A stretch of 64,000 nucleotides of DNA from an uncultured Pseudomonadales bacterium (GTDB lineage: Bacteria; Patescibacteriota; Microgenomatia; UBA1400; PJMF01), in the NCBI GenBank assembly GCA_964457085.1, contig CAYWDM010000001.1, positions 45,082 through 109,081 of the forward strand. The letters run 5' to 3'. Position 1 is the stretch's first letter; the number at the start of each line of letters is the position of its first letter. The notes below the pieces were generated by a model. That model had not been told where the DNA came from. It did no database searches and saw only the letters and a list, made by a program, of their open reading frames with translations. The translations under genes and the position numbers were made by a program. Of this stretch, positions 28,476 through 37,904 are shown one piece after another.

Positions 28476-29423
28476 ATGTTTGATACTCACCAAAAATTAA
28501 AAATTGTTGTTACCGGTGGAGCAGGGTTTATTGCCTCTCATGTAGTTGATGCGTATTTGGCACTTGGCCATAGCGTCACCGTACTAGATAACCTCAGCAG
28601 TGGCAATCGAGACAATCTCAATTCTGCAGCTCATTTTATCGAAGTTGATATTACCGATAAAACCAAAGTTCAAGAGATTATTCTTAACGAACGACCAGAT
28701 GTGATTAACCATCACGCGGCTCATATTTTAGTTGGCCATAGTGTCACCGACCCACAATTTGATGCAGAGACAAATATTATTGGATTGTTGAATATCATGG
28801 AAGCAGCTCGCCAAATTCCAGTCCGCAAACTGATTTTTGCAGCCACCGGTGGAGCCATGTATGGCAACACCACCACTCCCTTTAACGAATCCATGAAAGA
28901 GCTCCCTGAATCGCCCTATGGTGTTTCTAAAAGAGCAGGGGAGCTATACCTGAACTACTACCACAAGCAATTTGGGATTCCATATATCTCGCTACGCTAC
29001 TCCAACGTCTATGGTCCTCGTCAAAATCCTCATGGTGAATCTGGAGTGATTGCCATCTTTTCTGAAATGCTGGCTCAAGGCAAACAGCCAGTTCTCAATG
29101 GTGACGGTACCAATACTCGTGATTATGTGTATGTTTCTGACGTGGCTGCTGCCAATGTCTTGGCACTCACCAGCGATTTTGTGGGTGAGCTCAATATTGG
29201 TACCACCACTGAAATTAGCACCAATGAGGTCTATGACAAAGTAGCTGAAGGTTTGGGAATTTCCAATGACAAACACTATGGCCCACCACGTGCTGGCGAT
29301 GTCACCGCAAGTTCACTAAACTTTCAAAAAGCTACCCAAATTTTGGGTTGGGAACCTCAAGTTAATTTTGAAGAGGGCGTGCGAAGAGTGACTGAATGGT
29401 ATAAGACACGAAAAATCAGCTAA
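28476..29423 (+). CDS. NAD-dependent sugar-nucleotide epimerase/dehydratase (GalE-like SDR)
   Basis: VVTGGAGFIASHVV Rossmann motif and YGVSKRAGE catalytic YxxxK; 315 aa. Confidence 0.8.
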   Translation: MFDTHQKLKIVVTGGAGFIASHVVDAYLALGHSVTVLDNLSSGNRDNLNSAAHFIEVDITDKTKVQEIILNERPDVINHHAAHILVGHSVTDPQFDAETNIIGLLNIMEAARQIPVRKLIFAATGGAMYGNTTTPFNESMKELPESPYGVSKRAGELYLNYYHKQFGIPYISLRYSNVYGPRQNPHGESGVIAIFSEMLAQGKQPVLNGDGTNTRDYVYVSDVAAANVLALTSDFVGELNIGTTTEISTNEVYDKVAEGLGISNDKHYGPPRAGDVTASSLNFQKATQILGWEPQVNFEEGVRRVTEWYKTRKIS

Positions 29424-29495
29424 TCCTTACGCTTGATAGAGAAAAAAAGAATAGTAGTTAGCACAATCGCTAGAATTCCCACATACCCTGATGCC

Positions 29496-29753
29496 CTAAC
29501 GAACGATTCTGGAAGCATGTCTTCTGTCCTTTCTGAATTCTTTAATTAGTAGAATACCATACACAAATGTTAGAATTCCAGCCGAGAAAAGATAGATGAC
29601 GCTCATCTGACTTTGTAGATCATTATTAAATAACAAAGTCATGCTATATAGAAATAAACTCTTTGATATATCCAATAGATACAAAGCAATATGCTTTATT
29701 TGCAATCTGTCCAACTCCACCGTTGGCCAAGCTACTCTTATCTTCATACCCAC
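29496..29753 (-). CDS. small hypothetical membrane protein (possibly spurious or a remnant)
   Basis: 85-aa ORF with one or two hydrophobic segments in an otherwise unassigned 380-bp gap. No motif support. Confidence 0.2.
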   Translation of the reverse strand: MGMKIRVAWPTVELDRLQIKHIALYLLDISKSLFLYSMTLLFNNDLQSQMSVIYLFSAGILTFVYGILLIKEFRKDRRHASRIVR

Positions 29754-29805
29754 AACTCTATCCGCTCTTCCTTACACTTCGCTGACAATGCTACACTAAC
29801 AAACA

Positions 29806-30585
29806 ATGCAGATATTGGATATTTTCACCAAGTACCATGAACTTTTAAGTGAGCTGACCATGCGTGAGATTAAACAGCGCTACAAACAGTCAGTGCTTGG
29901 CTATGCCTGGGTGATTCTCAATCCGTTTTTTCAGATGATTGTGATGGCTTTTGTGTTTTCAATCGTGATGAGAATTCCTGATTTGGGAGTGCCGTACTCA
30001 CTCTATCTCTATGCAGGTCTATTGCCATGGACACTGTTTTCAAACTCACTCTCAAGTGCCACTAATGTTTTAGTCGCTAATGCGGGACTAATTACCAAGA
30101 TTTATTTTCCTCGAGAAGTGTTTGTGGCTAGTACCATCATGGCTAAGATTGTGGACTATTTACTAGCATCGACGGTGTTCATAGCGTTTTTGATTTACTA
30201 TCAGATTCCCATGACTTGGAATATTTTGTGGGTGCTGCCGATTTTTGCAATTCAACAGCTATTTACTTATGGATTGTCACTGATTTTGGCTGCCGCAAAT
30301 TTGTTTTACCGTGACATTCAATATTTACTTGGTTTGGTGATTCTGATTTGGATGTACCTAACCCCAGTAATTTACTCAACAGAGATTTTTCCAGCTCAGT
30401 ATCGCTGGATTTTTCAAATCAATCCCATGTCGGTAATTATTAATGCCTATCGTCAGGTGATTCTAGCTGGCGGTACGCCAAACATTCGGAGCTTGGTAAT
30501 CGCTCTCGTCCTGTCACTACTCTTATTGGCCGGTGGCTACAAACTGTTCAAGAAACTTGAGGGTGTGTTTGCTGACGTGGTGTAA
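29806..30585 (+). CDS. wzm: ABC-2 type polysaccharide/teichoic-acid export permease (Wzm/TagG-like)
   Basis: 259 aa with 6 TM helices; N-terminal RYKQSVLGYAWVILNP block typical of Wzm/KpsM/TagG permeases. Confidence 0.8.
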   Translation: MQILDIFTKYHELLSELTMREIKQRYKQSVLGYAWVILNPFFQMIVMAFVFSIVMRIPDLGVPYSLYLYAGLLPWTLFSNSLSSATNVLVANAGLITKIYFPREVFVASTIMAKIVDYLLASTVFIAFLIYYQIPMTWNILWVLPIFAIQQLFTYGLSLILAAANLFYRDIQYLLGLVILIWMYLTPVIYSTEIFPAQYRWIFQINPMSVIINAYRQVILAGGTPNIRSLVIALVLSLLLLAGGYKLFKKLEGVFADVV

Positions 30586-30611
30586 TCAGCAATCAATTTA
30601 ATCTCAATCTC

Positions 30612-32018
30612 CTATCGATGCGGTGCGATTTCTTGCCAAGATTTGTCTGAGACCTTGAGCATTTCAGGGAAATTTGCCATAAATGCGGGTCTAAAACGAA
30701 AAATCTCACTAGAATATTGGCTATTAAGGGTTTTGCCGTCAACTGCGTTATCAAAATTACGACGTAAGACGATGCCATTGCCAACTTGACTCTTATCCCA
30801 AGCCACAAAAGTACCTTCCCCGATAAACTTACGATCGGTCACATCGGGGTCATTATCACTACTGATTGTCAATTGGCCGTCAGTTACCAACACTGCCGAA
30901 ATATTGGCTGTTGCAGTGGCAGGATCAGTACTTATGGTACTGTAGCCAACGTCAGCTGTTACCACCACATTTCCGGAGGTAAAAATTCCTAAGAAAGCGT
31001 CATTAGAGACGGAGGTTAGTTGCGGGGTAGCTGATAAAGAAGTATTGCGAAACTCAAGATCAGCTGGAATAAATAGAGTTACTCGTTTACCACTGTTTAT
31101 GGTAATTGGTGCAGTCCCAGCCACACTTTCATCCAAGATAAACGGTGATGCCCCGGTATAGAGATACATTTGACTGGAGTTAGCGCCCTGCGCAGCGATC
31201 AAAGACTGAAGTTCGCTCAGATTCCCAAACTCAGCTAGTTGATTACGATACGCTTGATAGTAATAGGCATAATCAATTTGAGGGGTCAGCATGCCGGTGG
31301 CGTTGCCATTATCAGCTGAAGTACGATCACCTGTTTGATGGATGTGGGTATCTGAGCCACTTCTGTCACTCTCAATGATGCCCGCAGGTCCCACAGTGGC
31401 AAATCCCACAGAATCAGTACCACTCAAGCCAACCATCATGCTGGGAATACAAGTGCCACTGGCGATACAACTATCAAATGGCACTTTCGAGCGAATTTTA
31501 TACTTGGCATAGATTTGACCGCCATATACCTGCCACCATGCCTCATTAGCATTGAGATCAGTTACAAAAATGTTGACCGTATCATTGGCACCAATCCCAG
31601 CATATTCACAGACATAATCTTGACCACTGGAATAGGGACAACTACAGGCATACAGTGGACCACTATGAGCTGGGGCTGGTGTCGGTAATAGAACGGTGAC
31701 TCGGTAGTCATCAGTTGAAACATCATGGTTAGTAATAACTTTGACCGAGTCAGAAATAGAAGTAGCTGGAAAAGTTTGATTTAGACTCGCAGAAAATGCA
31801 CTAGCAGTGGTGCCGACTACATCCTGAGCAGTTGGGGGAGCACCAAATTGTTGACACATGCCACCAGTCACAGTGCTATCGAGAGGATCGTTATAGAGGT
31901 TGATCTGAATAACAGGAGTGGGAGTCTGAGCTTGCACTAGAGGCAGCAAGACCGAGCTTGACGAGATACTCGTTAAAACCAGCAAACACCAAAAAACTTG
32001 ACCGAGATGTCGGTGCAT
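30612..32018 (-). CDS. secreted hypothetical protein (signal peptide, 8 Cys)
   Basis: N-terminal signal peptide (MHRHLGQVFWCLLVLTSISSSSVLLPLVQA/QTP) with no further TM segment. Cys clusters CSCPYSSGQDYVCEY and CIASGTCIP. GC-richer than its surroundings; convergent with wzm. Confidence 0.55.
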   Translation of the reverse strand: MHRHLGQVFWCLLVLTSISSSSVLLPLVQAQTPTPVIQINLYNDPLDSTVTGGMCQQFGAPPTAQDVVGTTASAFSASLNQTFPATSISDSVKVITNHDVSTDDYRVTVLLPTPAPAHSGPLYACSCPYSSGQDYVCEYAGIGANDTVNIFVTDLNANEAWWQVYGGQIYAKYKIRSKVPFDSCIASGTCIPSMMVGLSGTDSVGFATVGPAGIIESDRSGSDTHIHQTGDRTSADNGNATGMLTPQIDYAYYYQAYRNQLAEFGNLSELQSLIAAQGANSSQMYLYTGASPFILDESVAGTAPITINSGKRVTLFIPADLEFRNTSLSATPQLTSVSNDAFLGIFTSGNVVVTADVGYSTISTDPATATANISAVLVTDGQLTISSDNDPDVTDRKFIGEGTFVAWDKSQVGNGIVLRRNFDNAVDGKTLNSQYSSEIFRFRPAFMANFPEMLKVSDKSWQEIAPHR

Positions 32019-32117
32019 GAGAGTAGTATGGAGGATGTGGAGTGGGGAAGCAATTAAGAAACATGGTTCTTAAAACCTCTGCAACAAACAGTAGTAGCAA
32101 AATAGCAATCACTCAGT

Positions 32118-32372
32118 CGCAACAGTTTAGTTTTTGCTACAATGAGTGAGCCATGACCCAAGATACAGATATTGCCATCAAGATAGATCACGTTAGCAAG
32201 CTTTTTCATAAGCAGAAACAACGTACCTTTAAAGAGCTTGTCCCTGCATTACTTGGTGGTGAAAAAGCAGTCGACAGTTTTTGGGGACTATAAGATGTCA
32301 ATCTTTAGATAAAGAGGCGAGATAGTCGAAATAATTGGTCTAACCAAAGTGGTAAAAGTACTTGTTAAATTC
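32118..32372 (+). repeat. degenerate duplicate of the wzt promoter and 5' coding region (homologous to about 38221..38468)
   Basis: A 16-nt identical block (agtttttgctacaatg), then ATGACCCAAGATACAGA... The first roughly 135 nt of coding sequence are in frame at roughly 90% identity by eye; the rest has indels and substitutions and ends near the Walker-A ggtaaaagtac. Confidence 0.7.
32154..32293 (+). pseudogene. wzt: truncated, frameshifted remnant of the Wzt/TagH ABC-ATPase N-terminus
   Basis: Translates MTQDTDIAIKIDHVSKLFHKQKQRTFKELVPALLGGEKAVDSFWGL, then a frameshift and stop. Compare the intact MTQDTDLAIKINHVSKLFHKQKQRTFKELIPALLGGEKAIDSFWAL at 38245. Confidence 0.65.
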
Positions 32373-32392
32373 AATTATGTACTTGAACTATA

Positions 32393-33151
32393 ATGCAAAA
32401 TAATTCTTTAATTAATGACGCTAGCTATCTACATTGGGACAGTGTTTTTTTCGGTTATTCAATAGCAAAGGTTCAGAATAACGAGATAAATGATCAAGAA
32501 CTCAGTATTTTTATAAACGACCTATTTAAAAAGAATTACAAACTTGTTTATTTCTTTGATGAATCCATGTCTAGGGTAAGCACACAAGACCTATCAGACT
32601 TAAATGGAAAGTTGGTTGATACCAAAGTAATATATTCAAAATTACTGGTTAATGGTAATCGTTTTATTAATTCTTCTAACTACGAGTCCTATCTTCATCA
32701 CGCTTCAAACCAGCGACTTCTCAGTTTAGCACTTCAGAGTGGCAAACATTCAAGATATTACACCGACGCTAACTTTAAAAAAAATGAATATATCAAACTT
32801 TATTCAACTTGGTTGCATAAATCACTTGAGGGATCAATTGCTGATGAAATATACATTCACAAGTGTGGTACAAAAGAGGTGGGATTAATAACACTAAAAC
32901 TTAATAAGAAGATAGCAGAAATTGGGTTGCTTTCTGTTGATGTTAATTATCGAAGGAAGCATATCGCTTCAAATTTAATGAGTGGAGTTATCAACTTTGC
33001 AAGTAGCCGCAATTGCCGTTCGATTGAAGTTGCCACACAACAATCAAATTTGGAAGCATGTGGTTTTTATGAAAAACAAGGATTTTCAAAAATAAAGGTA
33101 ATAAATATTTATCATTTTTGGAACCAAAATAATGAAAAAAATTCCATTTAA
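32393..33151 (+). CDS. wecD: GNAT acetyltransferase, WecD-like (dTDP-fucosamine acetyltransferase)
   Basis: HWDSVFFGYSIAKV parallels the WecD N-terminal W-x-x-x-FFG-x-x-S-A-x-V block, and IEVATQQSNLEACGFYEKQGF parallels [26 protein letters not shown]/R-x-x-G-x-G/A-like region (RRKHIASNLM). Immediately upstream of and overlapping wecE, as in the ECA cluster. Confidence 0.6.
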   Translation: MQNNSLINDASYLHWDSVFFGYSIAKVQNNEINDQELSIFINDLFKKNYKLVYFFDESMSRVSTQDLSDLNGKLVDTKVIYSKLLVNGNRFINSSNYESYLHHASNQRLLSLALQSGKHSRYYTDANFKKNEYIKLYSTWLHKSLEGSIADEIYIHKCGTKEVGLITLKLNKKIAEIGLLSVDVNYRRKHIASNLMSGVINFASSRNCRSIEVATQQSNLEACGFYEKQGFSKIKVINIYHFWNQNNEKNSI

Positions 33152-34283
33152 TTCACCACATCTAGCAGGAAAAGAATTCGAATATGTTTCTAATGCATAT
33201 AGAAGTGGACATCTTGCTGGTGGAGGTGAATATACCAAGTTAGCTCAAAGTTTTCTCGAGAAGAAGCTTAAATGTAAAAAAGTATTGCTTACGCATTCCT
33301 GCACTGCAGCACTTGAAATGTCAGCAATCTTAGCAAATGTTATGCCAGGCGATGAGGTCATTATGCCTTCTTTCACATTTGTTTCCACGGCCAACGCCTT
33401 TGTGTTAAGGGGAGCAATTCCTGTTTTTATTGACATCAAAAAAGATACGCTCAATATGGATGAAAAATTAATTGAAGCAGCAATAACCTCCAAAACAAAA
33501 GCTATTGCTCCTGTTCATTATGCGGGTGTCGGATGTGAAATGGACTCAATTATGGCCATAGCTAAATCAAATAATTTAATGGTTATTGAGGATGCTGCTC
33601 AGGCATACTTATCCAAATATAATAATGAAAACTTAGGTACTATTGGAAATTTAGCGGCTCTTAGTTTTCATGAAACAAAAAATGTGATCTCCGGAGAAGG
33701 AGGAGCACTCCTGATAAACGATGAATCAATATTTGAACGTGCAGAAATTATTTGGGAAAAAGGCACTAATAGATCAAAATTTTTTAGAGGTCAAGTAGAT
33801 AAATATACATGGGTAGACGTTGGATCATCATTTTTGCCAAGTGAAATTATGGCTGCCTTCTTACTTGCTCAATTGGAGAAGGGTGAATTAATTACTCGAA
33901 AGAGATTAAAACTTTGGAATAGGTATGATGAGAAACTAAAAAAATTGCAAGCTTTGGGTCTAATAAAGCTTCCAAGAATTCCAGCAAATACGTCTCAAAA
34001 TGCTCATATTTACTACATTATTTTAAAAAACCTTGAAGTGAGACAAAAACTCATTAGTTACTTAAATAGTCTGGGAATCATGTCTGTGTTTCATTATATT
34101 CCACTTCACTCGTCTCCAGCTGGATTAAGATTTGGCAAAATTGGTTCAAAAATGGATGAAACTGATTCAATTTCAAATACACTTTTGCGACTACCACTGT
34201 TTTTTGATTTAAAGCTTCACGATCAAGATAGAGTTGTAGATGCGGTATATAAGTATTTTGGAGTAACAAATCTCAACACCTAA
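33132..34283 (+). CDS. wecE: DegT/DnrJ/EryC1 PLP aminotransferase, WecE-like (dTDP-4-amino-4,6-dideoxygalactose transaminase)
   Basis: KVLLTHSCTAALEM, GDEVIMPSFTFVSTANAFVLRGA, IEDAAQAY, SFHETKNVISGEGGALLINDE and ERAEIIWEKGTNRSKFFRGQVDKYTWVDVGSS match the E. coli WecE blocks nearly residue for residue. Confidence 0.85.
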   Translation: MKKIPFNSPHLAGKEFEYVSNAYRSGHLAGGGEYTKLAQSFLEKKLKCKKVLLTHSCTAALEMSAILANVMPGDEVIMPSFTFVSTANAFVLRGAIPVFIDIKKDTLNMDEKLIEAAITSKTKAIAPVHYAGVGCEMDSIMAIAKSNNLMVIEDAAQAYLSKYNNENLGTIGNLAALSFHETKNVISGEGGALLINDESIFERAEIIWEKGTNRSKFFRGQVDKYTWVDVGSSFLPSEIMAAFLLAQLEKGELITRKRLKLWNRYDEKLKKLQALGLIKLPRIPANTSQNAHIYYIILKNLEVRQKLISYLNSLGIMSVFHYIPLHSSPAGLRFGKIGSKMDETDSISNTLLRLPLFFDLKLHDQDRVVDAVYKYFGVTNLNT

Positions 34284-34284
34284 T

Positions 34285-35214
34285 TTAAAATCCTAGCTTT
34301 TTTTCAACAATATATAGAGGTCGACGCTTAGACTCTAAATAGTTTCTGCCAAGATATTCTCCCATAATACCAAGAATTACCATCTGGATTCCGTTAAAAA
34401 AAATGATTAAAACAATTAAGGAAGCCCATCCAAGTATAGGAATTCCAAAAAAAAGTTTTCGATAAATGACAACGAATGCTAGAATTGCCGACAACATAAC
34501 CGTTAAAAAACCCAATCTACTTGCTAACTTCAAAGGATAATCCGTAAAAGATGAAATCGCATTCAGTGCTAATATGAATTGTTTAGAAAAGCTATATTTT
34601 GATTGGCCACTATATCTTTTCCCATGTGTAACTGGTTGACCTATATGTCTAAAGCCTACCCATCCAATTAATCCAACAAGATATCTGTTGTTTTCCCTAA
34701 ACTCTCTTAAGCTGTCTACCACCTGTTTCGTCATTATTCTAAAAATTGTAGAATTAATTACGATTTTTTCAGTCATCATGCTTTTTATAATTACATTAAA
34801 TATCTCAGAAGTAAATTTCTTAAAAAAGCCAAATTGTTTATTAATTCTGACCCCGTAAACAACGTCATACCCATCCTTAAGTTTATTAAATAGCAGAATA
34901 ATATCTTCAGGTCTGTCCTGTAAATCACCATCCATCATAACCACATAGTCGCCACTGGCATGATCTAATCCAGCTGTAATTGCTACGTGATGACCAAAAT
35001 TTCTAGAAAATTTAACTATTTTGACTCTCTTATCATTTTTATTTAAATCCTGAAGATATTTGAAGGTTTGATCTGAACTACCATCATCTACCATAATCAT
35101 TTCCCAGTCTAAATCCGGAAAATCTTTTATCATTGCATTTTTAACCCTCTTATATAAAACCTGAATAATTGAGTCATCATTAAAATTAGGAATTACAATA
35201 GAAATCATTTTCAT
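34285..35214 (-). CDS. GT2 polyprenyl-phosphate glycosyltransferase (GtrB/ArnC/DPM1-like) with C-terminal TM helices
   Basis: ISIVIPNFNDD...MIMVDDGSSDQT...VVMMDGDLQDRPEDI GT2 blocks, plus two C-terminal TM helices (LTVMLSAILAFVVIY and LIVLIIFFNGIQMVILGIMGEYLGR), typical of the GtrB/ArnC family. Confidence 0.85.
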   Translation of the reverse strand: MKMISIVIPNFNDDSIIQVLYKRVKNAMIKDFPDLDWEMIMVDDGSSDQTFKYLQDLNKNDKRVKIVKFSRNFGHHVAITAGLDHASGDYVVMMDGDLQDRPEDIILLFNKLKDGYDVVYGVRINKQFGFFKKFTSEIFNVIIKSMMTEKIVINSTIFRIMTKQVVDSLREFRENNRYLVGLIGWVGFRHIGQPVTHGKRYSGQSKYSFSKQFILALNAISSFTDYPLKLASRLGFLTVMLSAILAFVVIYRKLFFGIPILGWASLIVLIIFFNGIQMVILGIMGEYLGRNYLESKRRPLYIVEKKLGF

Positions 35215-35279
35215 AAGCTTTTTTTTGTGATTTATTGGGTACCTCGATTGTTAATATATATCCAATGAGATTAGTTTAT

Positions 35280-36968
35280 TCACTTTATTTCAAGTATGTT
35301 TTTTTTTGGAATGTTAACCGAGATATCGTAATTCCATATATACAAAAATTTGTTTTTTTCAAATTCGATGGCTTCATTTTCCAATCCAAATTGATCGCGC
35401 ATTTCAACAATATCACAGCTGGACGTATTACTTTGCTTACTTTTATCAACGTAAACAAATGTTTTTTGGATGTTAGCGTCTGGTTCATACCATTTTTTGT
35501 ATGAAAACCAATAGTAAGGAATCACTTTTCCCCAATCGCACAAAATGGAACGAATAACAATAGTATTTCTAGAATAATAGGTATTGTTAGAAGAATCCCA
35601 ATATCCAGCAAACCCTTTCTTTAATGACTTTTTGTTTAATAAGTCAATCAAAGTAATATTTGCGTCTAACCTATTATATTCATTAAAGCGCTTTAGTTCA
35701 TCTTTTAGAGTATTTAAAAATGAATGTGTATTTATCAACAAATGGACAATCATTAATAAATACAATATCACTTTAAGTCTATTATAAGATGTTAATGCCA
35801 CTGCAAGGAATTGATAAATAACCAGATACATTGTCACTACAAGTAAAATGTGGTATCTGATTGTTTCACCTCCAGCTACGGGTCTGGCACTAAAAACATA
35901 AATTACACAACTAAAAATCGGCAATGAACACAGAAAAAAATGAAATGGGTTGTTATTTCTAATCGATTTATACAAAATAAATATAATTCCAAAAAGAAAC
36001 AAAGTAATAACAAGAATATTTAATGCCGAGCTAAAACTAATCATTGACAGCATTTGTCTTCCAAAAAAATTCCTAAAAGGAATTAATGCATTAATATCAT
36101 TAAAAAATATTCCTATATTTGAGCCTAATTTATCCAAAGTTACAAACATGCTGGACTCGTCATACATGACAGCAATGTATTTAGAAAAAAACATTCTCAA
36201 TAAACTCGATAAAAATATGCACATTAATGAGTAGACAGATATCCTAAGTATGCTAAATTTTGCTCGATTACTTAATAAAAAAAAGATAAAGTTTACCAAT
36301 GCTAGAGGGATCAAAATCATGTAAGTGATAAATGGGTCACCAAAGGCTTGTAGCAATAATAATGTTAAACATATTAGCGTTTTAGTTCCGATTCTAATTT
36401 TTTCGCCTTTAGGATAAATAATTTCTTCGTATAAACTATAAATTGCTAATAATATTAGAGGAATATCCTTTCTGAACATTGCAGCATCAATTAGATAAAT
36501 AAGAGGGCCTAGTAAGGTTGAGATGATAATCAGCAATAACAAGTAGTTAGATATCTGACTTTTTTTAAATGTAAAGATCTTCTTAACGAGAACCCCAAGT
36601 GCGAAAACATTCACAAAAGTTTGAAAAAAGATGACTAGAAAAAACGTTTTGTAGCTTATTCCAAATATTAAATAAATTGGAATCATATAAAACATCACTT
36701 GAAATAGCAAAGGTGTAGGAGGCATTAAGTAAACACCAAAATTGCCTCGCATTAACTCATCAAATAAGAGATAATAAGCAGCCCAATCACTTTGAAAGAT
36801 TGCTCCACTGGAAATATAAAATGAGTAGAGTAAACCAATGCAAATTAAGCCTAAATAAAAAAGTGAAATATTAGAAACTCTTTTAGAAGCTACATGAATG
36901 AAATAAATTAAGCTAGATACCAACCTCTGCATATCAGGTATAATACTGATTAAATTTCGAAACATCAA
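35280..36968 (-). CDS. large polytopic membrane protein (candidate GT-C partner of the adjacent GtrB-like GT2)
   Basis: 562 aa with more than 10 TM helices and a C-terminal soluble domain. Sits immediately upstream of the GT2 and is co-oriented with it. No catalytic motif recognised. Confidence 0.4.
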   Translation of the reverse strand: MMFRNLISIIPDMQRLVSSLIYFIHVASKRVSNISLFYLGLICIGLLYSFYISSGAIFQSDWAAYYLLFDELMRGNFGVYLMPPTPLLFQVMFYMIPIYLIFGISYKTFFLVIFFQTFVNVFALGVLVKKIFTFKKSQISNYLLLLIIISTLLGPLIYLIDAAMFRKDIPLILLAIYSLYEEIIYPKGEKIRIGTKTLICLTLLLLQAFGDPFITYMILIPLALVNFIFFLLSNRAKFSILRISVYSLMCIFLSSLLRMFFSKYIAVMYDESSMFVTLDKLGSNIGIFFNDINALIPFRNFFGRQMLSMISFSSALNILVITLFLFGIIFILYKSIRNNNPFHFFLCSLPIFSCVIYVFSARPVAGGETIRYHILLVVTMYLVIYQFLAVALTSYNRLKVILYLLMIVHLLINTHSFLNTLKDELKRFNEYNRLDANITLIDLLNKKSLKKGFAGYWDSSNNTYYSRNTIVIRSILCDWGKVIPYYWFSYKKWYEPDANIQKTFVYVDKSKQSNTSSCDIVEMRDQFGLENEAIEFEKNKFLYIWNYDISVNIPKKNILEIK

Positions 36969-37031
36969 GATGTGCTGTTACAGCAAAATAACTTGAATTA
37001 ATTCAAAAAAGACCAAAAGTAAAAATACTAT

Positions 37032-37904
37032 ATGCTAACCTCACATATCTGCCAAGAACGAGACTTTGAAGAAGAGTGGTTTGCCAAAAGTTCTAAGGTA
37101 ATGTATAGCTCATTTCAAAGATACATGAGAGATTTCAAGAAAGCAAATAAACTTAAAATCAAATTACCGATCCTTTATCACAGAAAAATGTGGGAGTTTT
37201 GTTATATTTATCAGGCTTTACTTGAAAACAAAAAATTAGGACCTGATAACATTGGTTTGGGTTTTGGAGTCGGCAAAGAGCCTCTCGCATCTATATTTGC
37301 CTCCCTTGGCTGTGGAATAGTTGCAACTGATCTTGAGCCAGTTTTAGCTAATAAGTTGGGTTGGTCAAAGTCTAATCAGCACTCATCTTCACTCGTTGAT
37401 TTAAACATGTATAAGATATGTCCAAAGGAAAGTTTTAATCGTTTGGTTTCGTTTGAAAATGTCAATATGAACCTAATCCCTAAAAAGTTTAGTCGCAAAT
37501 TTGACTTTACATGGTCGTCATGCTCTTTAGAGCATTGTGGGAACTTGGAGCTAGCAGAAGATTTTATTGTTAATCAGCTTGATTGCTTAAAAGATGACGG
37601 TATAGCAGTTCATACGACGGAATTCAATCTGTCATCTAACACGGACACATTAACTGAAGGGGAAACAATTATTTTTAGAAAAATAGACATTGATCGAATT
37701 GTGAACAAATTACAAAAAATGGGTGCTCAAATTACAATTGATTATTCAGTCACTCAAAATGATAGGTTTTCACATTCAAATACTGATTTTCCACCATATA
37801 CCCATAATCCTCACCTCAAACTTGAGCTAGGAAATTGGATATCTACATCAATAGGCTTAATTATCAAAAAAAAGAAAAACTTTTTTCAAATTTTCCACTG
37901 GTAA
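37032..37904 (+). CDS. putative class I SAM-dependent methyltransferase-like protein
   Basis: Gly-rich motif-I-like GLGFGVGKEPLASIFASLGCGIVATDLE and a later acidic block FDFTWSSCSLEHCGNLE. Function uncertain. Confidence 0.35.
   Translation: MLTSHICQERDFEEEWFAKSSKVMYSSFQRYMRDFKKANKLKIKLPILYHRKMWEFCYIYQALLENKKLGPDNIGLGFGVGKEPLASIFASLGCGIVATDLEPVLANKLGWSKSNQHSSSLVDLNMYKICPKESFNRLVSFENVNMNLIPKKFSRKFDFTWSSCSLEHCGNLELAEDFIVNQLDCLKDDGIAVHTTEFNLSSNTDTLTEGETIIFRKIDIDRIVNKLQKMGAQITIDYSVTQNDRFSHSNTDFPPYTHNPHLKLELGNWISTSIGLIIKKKKNFFQIFHW

Noticed and set aside
32154-32293. Considered calling the short wzt-like ORF a functional small protein or regulatory uORF.
   Set aside because: It ends in a frameshift relative to the intact paralog, and the downstream homology continues out of frame with indels as far as the Walker A codons. 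This is typical of a decaying pseudogene.
35218-35232. T8 run (gcttttttttgtg) downstream of GT2 34285..35214, considered as a terminator.
   Set aside because: No preceding GC-rich hairpin. It sits in a promoter or 5' region relative to the minus-strand gene, so it is just AT-rich spacer.
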